Part shown: in pieces, positions 32,221-39,864 of the stretch
How positions within the stretch are numbered: the stretch's first letter is position 1
Layout of the letters: each line of letters opens with the position of its first letter
Origin: a virus
Length of the DNA: 59,057 bases
IMG/VR virus record: IMGVR_UViG_3300031565_000032
Strand: one strand, 5' to 3'
The notes under the pieces: model-generated
Seen by the model: only the letters and a program-made list of their open reading frames with translations
Database searches by the model: none
What the model was told of the DNA's origin: nothing
Program-made: the position numbers and the translations under genes

Positions 32221-33837
32221 TTGAAAGGGAATGATGTGAAAGACTTAATCTTGTTAGCAAAGGGGCACACAAGAAGGGAGTGCCCATTCGATGGAGCCGA
32301 AGTGTGGGGAGTTAATGATGTCGGTAGTTTCCCCGAATTCAAGGGGAAAAAGATTGACAGGCTATTCACCTTTGACCCAAGGTCGGATGAGTTCATCAAA
32401 GATATGAAGGCAGTAGCCCCTATTACCAGTTGGCGTGATTATGCTGATGTCAAATACCCGATAGATGAACTAATTGAACACTTCGGGACCAGGTACTTTA
32501 CCAACACAATAAGTTTTATGGTTGCCCTGGCCATCTATGAGGGGTTCACTCGTATTAGAATGTATGGGGTGGATGCTCCCTATGGGGGTATCTACTTCAT
32601 GGAAAAGAGTGGTCTTGAATACTGGATAGGCAGAGCGCAACAAGCTGGTATGGAGATAATACCCTGTAAAGAATCACATATCTTAAGAACCCATGATGAC
32701 CAGTTGTATGGGGAGAGAAAAGGGAAAAGGCTCATCCCTCTTTATTTATCAGAGCGTATGATAATCATAAATACATTACCAACAAAGGGAAACTATGATA
32801 CGATTTACCGTTCTGGTCTTGTAAGGTGGTTCGTTGGCCTGAAGGATAAGGAGCGCATAGAGCACAAGGTTGAACTCGGCCATAGTACGGAAGGGCATTT
32901 AGCTTATAAGTGTGACCACGAATTCCTCACCAAAGTCTATTTCACGGAGTGGGCACTTGAATACCTGATAGACTTGCTAAGGAATATGGAAAGAGAAGGG
33001 AAATTACCAATCAATATGGTCTCTGTCTATGAGAAGTTAGTTCTCTGTAACACACCTGATAAGGTAGGGGACACTAACGAAAAGGAAGTTAGGGTTTCCT
33101 ATATCTTGCCCACCAAGAACAGGGAAAATATCATCAGGAAATCCTTAGAAGATATCAGAAAACTCCTTACACCAAAAGATGAATTGATTGTCGTTGATGG
33201 GAGCACTAACAATGATACATTGAAAGTTCTTGAGGAATATGCGGATGTAATAACTAGAATTATTCCCGTAGAAAATGATGGGCATGCTCATGGTCTTAAC
33301 ATAGGTATTATGGAATCCAGAGGTGAGTATGTCAAACCACTTGCTGATGATGATGTAGTTTCACCGGAGGAGATGGAGAGGGCGATAGATTATTTGAATG
33401 AAAACAGGGATATCGACCTGCTCGTTTGTGGGGGTGTCAAGCAACAGGGCGTACATCAGTTCGTAACAGTAGCCCCAAAGAATTACGGTCATGACGTAAA
33501 GGATGTATTCACATACGGGGCTTGCATGGTTGGGTTTATACATAGACGTGATTCATTTAGTAAGTTAGGACTGTATGACACTTCTTATGTTGATATTGAC
33601 CAAGAAATTGCAACAAGGGCAATTAGCATGGGACTTAAAGTTAAATTCTTCCCGGGTAAGCATTATTTCCATGCTACTCATACAAACAGCACCGGGTATC
33701 TTCAATTAGCTCAATGGAATAAGGACAACCGTAATCTAATAAAACAATATTGTCCTAGAGTTTTCTACTACAAGTATTTAATAGGCAATAAGATTCGCTC
33801 TTTCAAATCCAATATAAGGGGATGGCTTACTTCTTAA
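32221..33837 (+). CDS. Two-domain glycosyltransferase: N-terminal Rossmann-like domain reminiscent of DUF115/Maf and CstII-type sialyltransferases, plus C-terminal GT2 domain (538 aa, TTG start)
   Basis: AAGGAGGAG sits 7 nt before the TTG. N-terminus: AEVWGVNDVG...DRLFTFDP...YFTNTISFMVALAIYEGFTRIRMYGVD. C-terminus: VSYILPTKNRENIIRKSLEDI...LIVVDGSTNND...PLADDDV. Confidence 0.65.
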   Translation: MKGNDVKDLILLAKGHTRRECPFDGAEVWGVNDVGSFPEFKGKKIDRLFTFDPRSDEFIKDMKAVAPITSWRDYADVKYPIDELIEHFGTRYFTNTISFMVALAIYEGFTRIRMYGVDAPYGGIYFMEKSGLEYWIGRAQQAGMEIIPCKESHILRTHDDQLYGERKGKRLIPLYLSERMIIINTLPTKGNYDTIYRSGLVRWFVGLKDKERIEHKVELGHSTEGHLAYKCDHEFLTKVYFTEWALEYLIDLLRNMEREGKLPINMVSVYEKLVLCNTPDKVGDTNEKEVRVSYILPTKNRENIIRKSLEDIRKLLTPKDELIVVDGSTNNDTLKVLEEYADVITRIIPVENDGHAHGLNIGIMESRGEYVKPLADDDVVSPEEMERAIDYLNENRDIDLLVCGGVKQQGVHQFVTVAPKNYGHDVKDVFTYGACMVGFIHRRDSFSKLGLYDTSYVDIDQEIATRAISMGLKVKFFPGKHYFHATHTNSTGYLQLAQWNKDNRNLIKQYCPRVFYYKYLIGNKIRSFKSNIRGWLTS

Positions 33838-33846
33838 GAGGATAAT

Positions 33847-34011
33847 GTGAAACACTTTACATTAAAGAGACTGCAAAGCGATAAGGATGATTTGGAAAAA
33901 CAATACCAGAATCTTAAAAGACAACATAAAAACATTGGGGAACAAGCATTGATGGTTCAGGGGGCTATCAAATATATCAATCAAACGATAGAGAAGTTAA
34001 CCGGGGAATAG
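33847..34011 (+). CDS. Possible coiled-coil protein (54 aa, GTG start)
   Basis: VKHFTLKRLQSDKDDLEKQYQNLKRQHKNIGEQALMVQGAIKYINQTIEKLTGE. Confidence 0.4.
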   Translation: MKHFTLKRLQSDKDDLEKQYQNLKRQHKNIGEQALMVQGAIKYINQTIEKLTGE

Positions 34012-34068
34012 CTGGTCGGAAACGGCCAGCACATCATCCCTAAGGCGGGGGGTGAGATTCCCCCCGCC
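34011..34068 (+). terminator. Two tandem GC-rich hairpins after the glycosyltransferase gene
   Basis: GCTGGTCG-GAAA-CGGCCAGC (34011-34030, GNRA loop) and GGCGGGGGG-tgagatt-CCCCCCGCC (34044-34068). No clear U-tract. Confidence 0.45.
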
Positions 34069-34092
34069 TAATAGTAAGGAGGTATTAAATAA

Positions 34093-34380
34093 ATGAGTAT
34101 AAGACCTAATTCTATAACTAGAATGACTGCCACGGGCGATTTAACGGGTGGTCCCGCAGAGCTTCTATGGTTGAACATAGCTAACAGTGCCACGCTCGGC
34201 CTGGCTGCGTCCTTATTTGACGCCTCAACCCCTACTAGTGGGGCAAGAATGACTATCGAAGTAGGGGCGGATGATACATACTTCGCCCACTTTGGAAGTG
34301 GCTATATCTGGAATACCAAAGTCCATGTTGGGACAGTGGACGCAGGATTAATAATTACAGGTGCTTTTGTAAGTGCATAA
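34093..34380 (+). CDS. Hypothetical structural-module protein (95 aa)
   Basis: TAAGGAGGTATTAAATAA then ATG. Confidence 0.7.
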   Translation: MSIRPNSITRMTATGDLTGGPAELLWLNIANSATLGLAASLFDASTPTSGARMTIEVGADDTYFAHFGSGYIWNTKVHVGTVDAGLIITGAFVSA

Positions 34381-34410
34381 ATAAAATGACATTTAATTTT
34401 ACGTTAAACA

Positions 34411-34545
34411 ATGATTAAAAAGGTTCGTGAACAAGCGGTTGTTGAAAGAACTCATTGTCCTAGATGCGATTATCCTTTATACAAAAAGTCTGATGGGGCT
34501 TTACGATGCCAATACTGTGGGGCGAATTATCCCCCGAGGAAATGA
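34411..34545 (+). CDS. Small zinc-ribbon protein, tandem copy 1 (44 aa)
   Basis: MIKKVREQAVVERTHCPRCDYPLYKKSDGALRCQYCGANYPPRK. Confidence 0.45.
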   Translation: MIKKVREQAVVERTHCPRCDYPLYKKSDGALRCQYCGANYPPRK

Positions 34546-34632
34546 TGAAGAAGGAAGGGGTTTATTTCTTACTAGCGTTCTACATGGTTATAGTAGCTAC
34601 AATTTGCATGATTAAATTTTTAATAGGTTAAA

Positions 34633-34809
34633 ATGTCATTTGAAACTCTATTAAATATGATTAAGAAGGTTCGAGAGCAAGAGGTTGAAGAACTGACCTT
34701 ATGCCCCGATTGCGATTATCCTTTAAGTAAAAAGACTGACGGAACTTTACACTGTCTATACTGTGGGTATTCATGGCCGAGGAGAATTAGTAATGCCAGA
34801 AATCGGTGA
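34633..34809 (+). CDS. Small zinc-ribbon protein, tandem copy 2 (58 aa)
   Basis: MSFETLLNMIKKVREQEVEELTLCPDCDYPLSKKTDGTLHCLYCGYSWPRRISNARNR. Confidence 0.45.
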   Translation: MSFETLLNMIKKVREQEVEELTLCPDCDYPLSKKTDGTLHCLYCGYSWPRRISNARNR

Positions 34810-35254
34810 GATAAAAGCGGGTAAGTATATAGGGTATAGCCCATTTTCAGATAATAGATATATCTGGCTCGCCTGTATTGATTGTGGCAAAAAACGATGG
34901 GTTGGTTACTCAAGCCTTAAGCGTTCTAACTATCATGGCAGATGCAAAAGTTGTGATGCCAAAGCTATACCAAGACCATCGCAATATAGAGGGAGGCATT
35001 TATCAACCGAGGGTTATGTCATGGTTCAACTTCCCCCAAGTGATTTCTTCTACCCTATGACTGAAAAGACAGGATATATAAAAGAGCATAGGTTGATTAT
35101 GGCAAGACATTTGAAAAGATGTTTGATGCCATTTGAGGTGGTGCATCATAAAGAAAAGCCAATTAATGATAATCGCATAAGCAATCTATCTCTGGAAACT
35201 GCTGGAAGTCATGTTGCTTATCATAATAGTCATGGGGCATATAGGGGGCGTTAG
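34793..35254 (+). CDS. HNH homing endonuclease (153 aa from ATG 34793)
   Basis: GYIKEHRLIMARHL...VVHHKEKPINDNRISNLSL; N-terminal CIDCGK...CKSC zinc pair. Confidence 0.8.
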   Translation: MPEIGEIKAGKYIGYSPFSDNRYIWLACIDCGKKRWVGYSSLKRSNYHGRCKSCDAKAIPRPSQYRGRHLSTEGYVMVQLPPSDFFYPMTEKTGYIKEHRLIMARHLKRCLMPFEVVHHKEKPINDNRISNLSLETAGSHVAYHNSHGAYRGR

Positions 35255-36073
35255 ATGAATTTATATGCTGATGTAACAACTTTGAAGAGTAGCGCCTATT
35301 TAGATAAAAGTGCCACGACTGATAATTTATACCTCCGTGACCTATTAGAAGCATCTTCACGAATGGAAGACGATTACACAGGAAGGCACTTCTACGCCTA
35401 TAACGGCACTCAATATCTCGATGGTGCCGGTACTACGATGTGGACTCCTGATATCCTTTCTATATCTACATTAAAAACTGACGAAGATGATGACGCAACC
35501 TTTGAAAATACCCTAAGTGTTAATACGGATTATTATTTATACCCCTTGAATTCAGTCGTAAAGACAAGGGCGGTGATTAGAAACCAGGGTTCTTATTCGA
35601 GTTTTGCCAATGGTATCAGAAAGGGTGTGGAGATTACAGGTGTGTTTGGTTATGGGAATGGAACATCATCCACCCCCTATGTTGATAGTGGTCTTATCTT
35701 ATCCTCTTCTATAGGTGCTACGGATACCACATGCACTGTTAGCGCGAGTGGTAATTTTTCCATAGGCCAAACTTTATTAATGGATAGCGAGCAATGTTAT
35801 ATAGACAATATGTCTTCAAGCACCCTAACAATAGAAAGAGGTATAAACGGAACGTCAGCTACCACTCATTCTGCTACAACTACACTTTACATATACGAAT
35901 ATCCAGAACCTATTAAAGAGGCATGTTTAATTCAGGCTATGCGGTGGTGGTCACGTAAAGATTCAGCCTTTGCGGATGTTGTCGGAGTGCCTGAACTCGG
36001 AACTGTAATAGCCAAGAAAGGGCTTGACCCGGACGTGATAGAAATCTTGAGACCTTATAAGAGATATGCTTAA
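35255..36073 (+). CDS. Head-tail connector (gp6-like N-terminus) with a Ser/Thr-rich extension (272 aa)
   Basis: YADVTTLKSSAYLDKSATTDNLYLRDLLEASSRMEDDYTGRHFY matches the gp6-like connector pattern. Confidence 0.65.
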   Translation: MNLYADVTTLKSSAYLDKSATTDNLYLRDLLEASSRMEDDYTGRHFYAYNGTQYLDGAGTTMWTPDILSISTLKTDEDDDATFENTLSVNTDYYLYPLNSVVKTRAVIRNQGSYSSFANGIRKGVEITGVFGYGNGTSSTPYVDSGLILSSSIGATDTTCTVSASGNFSIGQTLLMDSEQCYIDNMSSSTLTIERGINGTSATTHSATTTLYIYEYPEPIKEACLIQAMRWWSRKDSAFADVVGVPELGTVIAKKGLDPDVIEILRPYKRYA

Positions 36074-36263
36074 ATGTGAGGCAATAAATGAGGATTGGGA
36101 ATGTTCTCACCGCAATGGGGACAATAGAATGGCAAGTCGAGAAGTGGCTCAAAAGACCCCGACTTTACCAACTTATTGCAATAAGGACATTTAATCTGGA
36201 ATAATTCCAACCTTATTACCTTATCCATATTTGTATAATAGCACGAAAATATAGAGATGTCAA

Positions 36264-36656
36264 ATGCTTAATTTTAAAATTGTAGGATTAGACAAATTAA
36301 ATAAAAAGCTCGGTGAAGGTATTAAAAAACCTTTAATCAGTGGTATTAAAAAGATAGTCTTCACTTTAGAAGGAGAGACAAAAGTTGCCACACCTGTCGG
36401 GTTAAGTGGTGACTTGAGTTCGTCAGAATTTTCTAAATATGGTGCTACTGAGGGTATGGTAGGAACGAATAAGGAATATGCACCTTTCGTAGAATATGGG
36501 ACACAATACATGGAGGCTAGGCATGTTACTAGGAATAATCAGACAAGGGTTCTCGGTCAAGGGATGTTCTCTTTCGGTTTAGAGCAATTAAAAAAGAAAA
36601 TGGGTAATTTATTAAAAGGTATTGCCATTAATATAGAAAATAGGTGGGGTAGTTAA
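36264..36656 (+). CDS. HK97 gp10-family head-tail adaptor protein (130 aa)
   Basis: MLNFKIVGLDKLNKKL...GETKVATPV..G.L..S...NKEYAPFVEYGT. Confidence 0.75.
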   Translation: MLNFKIVGLDKLNKKLGEGIKKPLISGIKKIVFTLEGETKVATPVGLSGDLSSSEFSKYGATEGMVGTNKEYAPFVEYGTQYMEARHVTRNNQTRVLGQGMFSFGLEQLKKKMGNLLKGIAINIENRWGS

Positions 36657-37069
36657 TGTCTATTGAATCAATCGGCACGGCTTTAGGGGTTAAACTTGAA
36701 GGCATATCAGGTCTGAGAGTCTACAATCCTGCTGAGTTGCCTAAAAGTATAAAAGAGTTTCCCTGTGCTTTAATCATGCCAGGTGAGATAAATTACCATG
36801 ACACGATGGGGGGAGCTTCTTATTTAACGATTAATTATAGAGTTATTATAGCGGTCTCAAATCAAGACCAGCCGGATAAATTAAATAAACTAATGGACTA
36901 CATAGAACCAACAGGAACGTACTCAGTAGTGGCGAAGGTAGAGGCGGATGGGACGCTTGGGGGCACGGCTTCTGATTGCATAGTATTAAGTAATGCAGGA
37001 GTAGGGACTACGATGTGGGGTGGCATAGCTCTTTTGAGTACGGAGTTTGTAGTACAGGTCTTTTCATAG
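36656..37069 (+). CDS. Hypothetical protein; its position suggests a tail-completion/terminator role (137 aa)
   Basis: ATGA-type overlap with the gp10-like gene; precedes the tail tube genes. Confidence 0.6.
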   Translation: MSIESIGTALGVKLEGISGLRVYNPAELPKSIKEFPCALIMPGEINYHDTMGGASYLTINYRVIIAVSNQDQPDKLNKLMDYIEPTGTYSVVAKVEADGTLGGTASDCIVLSNAGVGTTMWGGIALLSTEFVVQVFS

Positions 37070-37078
37070 GGGGTTAAT

Positions 37079-37810
37079 ATGGGTAGAACTCACGCTAAGA
37101 ATTCTGAAATATTTGTAGATGAATTTGACTTTTCAGGTTTAGTAAATGCTATAGATATAGCTATAGAAAATCCTGTGGCAGAGGTTACGGCATTCAGTGA
37201 TACGGATGCCACATTCGTAGATGGGAAACCAAGTTTCTCTATTACACTCAATGGTTTATATTCTACCGATTATGATGCCGAGATGTTTGCTGATTTAACT
37301 TCTTCAAACAGGTTACTTACAGTTTCACCAGGGGATTCCGCTACAGCAGGTGGGGTAGCTTATTTCGGACAGGGGGATATCACTTCAAGGCCTATAACAT
37401 CAAACATAGGTGAGGCCATTCTTTTAAATACAACATGGAATGGTAATAAACCATTGACCAGAGGGAAAATTCTTTACAGAGGGATTGCCACCGCCAGTGT
37501 AGCCGGTACGGGTTATCATTTGGGTGCGGTTGCATCAACAGAACAGTTAATAGCTTTCCAGCATGTTATGAGTGCGACTGCTGGTACTACATTGATTACC
37601 ATTATAGAAAGCGATAGCACTTCGGCTTTCGGTATTGCTTCCACGGCGGTAACATTTACCACAGTTTCCACTTCCGATATTGCTGAAAGGAAAGCTACTG
37701 CCGGGGCTATGACAGATACATGGTATAGAACACACATGGAAATAACAGGCGCATCGGCATCTTATGACATATTAGTGGTTGCGGGGATAGCACCCCTCGG
37801 CTCATCTTAG
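37079..37810 (+). CDS. Major tail (tube) protein paralog 1, with a ~110-aa C-terminal extension (243 aa)
   Basis: MGRTHAKNSEIFVDEFDFSGLVNAIDIAIENPVAEVTAFSDT... shares its N-terminal domain with 37820 and 38243. Confidence 0.7.
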   Translation: MGRTHAKNSEIFVDEFDFSGLVNAIDIAIENPVAEVTAFSDTDATFVDGKPSFSITLNGLYSTDYDAEMFADLTSSNRLLTVSPGDSATAGGVAYFGQGDITSRPITSNIGEAILLNTTWNGNKPLTRGKILYRGIATASVAGTGYHLGAVASTEQLIAFQHVMSATAGTTLITIIESDSTSAFGIASTAVTFTTVSTSDIAERKATAGAMTDTWYRTHMEITGASASYDILVVAGIAPLGSS

Positions 37811-37819
37811 GAGGTAAAT

Positions 37820-38233
37820 ATGGCAAGGACATTTGGGGGTAACGCAGATTTTACTCTTGGGGCTACAGCCTTAGAGTCCTGGCTTAATTCTATAACGATG
37901 AATGTGGATGTCCCTGTTTCGGAAATAACTGCATTCTCTGATACTTACCAGAATGTGGTGGCGGGAAAGAAGAATGTCACACTAGAATTAGCGGGTGTAT
38001 TAGATACAACTTCGGCTGCTGCGGATGCTATTATCTTTGGGTGTATTGGGAAAGGGGTTGCAACTATGACGTTTAAGCCTCTTGGGTCTACAACTGCTTA
38101 TTACCAAACTTCATCATCGGGATTAACGGGGACTCTGGTAAAAAGCTATTCAATATCATTACCTGTGGGGGATAAAGGTAGTTTCACCGCATCTCTACAG
38201 GATTCAGCAAGCACGGTTAGAAAAACCGCATAA
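37820..38233 (+). CDS. Tail tube protein paralog 2 (137 aa)
   Basis: MARTFGGNADFTLG...NSITMNVDVPVSEITAFSDTYQNVVAGKKNVTLELAG. Confidence 0.7.
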   Translation: MARTFGGNADFTLGATALESWLNSITMNVDVPVSEITAFSDTYQNVVAGKKNVTLELAGVLDTTSAAADAIIFGCIGKGVATMTFKPLGSTTAYYQTSSSGLTGTLVKSYSISLPVGDKGSFTASLQDSASTVRKTA

Positions 38234-38242
38234 GGAGGAATT

Positions 38243-38653
38243 ATGGCAAGAGCACATGGGAAAGACGCAAATTTTGCATTCGGTACAGCAACAAAACTAG
38301 AGAATGAGGTTAATGCGGTAACGCTAAACTTTGATGTCCCAGTAGCAGAAATAACCGCATTCAGTGATACTTATCAGAATGTAGTGGCGGGAAAACCAGC
38401 AGCCACCATTGATATCGCAGGGGCATGGCAATCAACAGCCACGGGGGGGGATGCTGTAATATTCGCTGCTTTAGGTGGGGCAGCCTTGAATTATGACTTT
38501 GAACCCGATGGCACTACTGGATATGATGGTTATGCTGTCCCGACTAACTATTCAATTACAGCTAATACAAACGATGCCATTAAATACACGGCTACATTCC
38601 AACATAACGGTAAGAATGCTGCGATAGATGGCAGTGCACCGAGCAGAGCCTAA
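38243..38653 (+). CDS. Tail tube protein paralog 3 (136 aa)
   Basis: MARAHGKDANFAFG...NAVTLNFDVPVAEITAFSDTYQNVVAGKPAATIDIAG. Confidence 0.7.
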   Translation: MARAHGKDANFAFGTATKLENEVNAVTLNFDVPVAEITAFSDTYQNVVAGKPAATIDIAGAWQSTATGGDAVIFAALGGAALNYDFEPDGTTGYDGYAVPTNYSITANTNDAIKYTATFQHNGKNAAIDGSAPSRA

Positions 38654-38664
38654 ATTAAGGAGGG

Positions 38665-39090
38665 ATGATGAGTAAAATACCAACCAGGAAAGTCAAGAGC
38701 GATGACTGTGTAATCCATATAGGGCGTGAAGTGGATGTCAAGACACAGGAAATAACCAGTGAGGGGGAAGCCTACTACGTCCACAAAGGTGAGTGGGTAG
38801 AGATTATCCCCCTATTCTCCGTTAGACAATACATAGCGTGGAATAAACTTAGAAACTCGCTTACGGGCAATGAAGATGCGATGGAGAGAGCTTTAGATTC
38901 ACTTTGCAAAGAACTTTCTAACAAGGTTGTGAAGTGGAACTGGACAGACAATGAGGGGAATAAACTACCTCAACCTTATAAGAAACCAGAAATTATTATG
39001 GACTTGAATGAGGAGGAATTAATCTGGCTGAGTACGGCCTTAGTTGAAACTCAAGGTCAACGAAAAAACGCCTCTACGCCCTCGGCTTAG
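38665..39090 (+). CDS. Tail assembly chaperone, short (G-like) form (141 aa)
   Basis: Lies between the tube genes and the tape measure; contains a slippery heptamer near its 3' end. Confidence 0.75.
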   Translation: MMSKIPTRKVKSDDCVIHIGREVDVKTQEITSEGEAYYVHKGEWVEIIPLFSVRQYIAWNKLRNSLTGNEDAMERALDSLCKELSNKVVKWNWTDNEGNKLPQPYKKPEIIMDLNEEELIWLSTALVETQGQRKNASTPSA

Positions 39091-39323
39091 AACTTATTGA
39101 CGAGGGCAATCAGACACCAGAGAGTTTATTAAGTGTAATATGTGAGAGTTTTAATTGTCTACCTAGTGAAGCATTAGAGGAAGACCCTCAAATGATTATC
39201 GCTATACTAGAATGTAGATTAGCTCAGGAAGCTAAAAGACAGTTCAATGAAAACGCTGGCAAATTAAGTGGGAATGCTGCGGATTTGTGGGCTGAGATAA
39301 ATATAGGATTAAAGAGGAGGTAG
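38665..39323 (+). CDS. Tail assembly chaperone, -1 frameshifted long (GT-like) form
   Basis: After A_AAA_AAC (39063-39069) the -1 frame stays open to the TAG at 39321-39323: KKRLYALGLELIDEGNQTPESLLSVICESFNCLPSEALEEDPQMIIAILECRLAQEAKRQFNENAGKLSGNAADLWAEINIGLKRR. Confidence 0.65.
39063..39069 (+). promoter_or_regulatory. Programmed -1 ribosomal frameshift slippery site A_AAA_AAC
   Basis: The heptamer is in X_XXY_YYZ phase relative to the ATG at 38665 (codons CGA AAA AAC). Confidence 0.65.
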
Positions 39324-39325
39324 TA

Positions 39326-39805
39326 TTAATCTGGTGGTCTTATTACTATTTCCCAATCATTAATATTAGCTGCGGAAACTTCAACGTAATATTCTCCTAC
39401 CCCAGCATAACTATATGTTGTCCCGCTAGTATCGCTTGGGAATAGACAGGATTCTACATTAAAAAGGGTTTCACCTCTCGGATAGATATAAAATGAAAAC
39501 ATTGCCCATTCTGGCTCGCCCGTAGTGTAAGACCAATCAATAATCCATTCTTCTGTAGTTACGGTGAATGGTGGCGTTTTCCTGTCCCCGCTACCAGTTA
39601 ATACAATGGGTTCAAAAATGATTTGTGGTTCAGGTTGTGTGATTGGAGAAAGAATATCTTGTTGCTCAGTTGATTCGATTATTACTGGTTCAGTAGGCGT
39701 TGGTGCAAGGGTAACATCTAACGGGATGGGGGATATATTCTCCTCACAAGATAAAGGTATGAGAACGATAAATATAATCGGTAATAAAAATTCTAATCCC
39801 CTCAT
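39326..39805 (-). CDS. Predicted lipoprotein (159 aa), reverse-strand moron in the tail module
   Basis: MRGLEFLLPIIFIVLIPLSCEE: signal peptide with an L-S-C lipobox-like site. Has its own promoter and a GGGAGGTTGGAAT RBS. Confidence 0.7.
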   Translation of the reverse strand: MRGLEFLLPIIFIVLIPLSCEENISPIPLDVTLAPTPTEPVIIESTEQQDILSPITQPEPQIIFEPIVLTGSGDRKTPPFTVTTEEWIIDWSYTTGEPEWAMFSFYIYPRGETLFNVESCLFPSDTSGTTYSYAGVGEYYVEVSAANINDWEIVIRPPD

Positions 39806-39823
39806 ATTCCAACCTCCCTATTA

Positions 39824-39852
39824 AGTATAAAACTATTTAAAGGATTTGTCAA
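39824..39852 (-). promoter_or_regulatory. Sigma70-like promoter of the lipoprotein moron
   Basis: Minus strand TTGACA-17 nt-TATACT. Confidence 0.6.
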
Positions 39853-39864
39853 TGGCTGAAGCTG

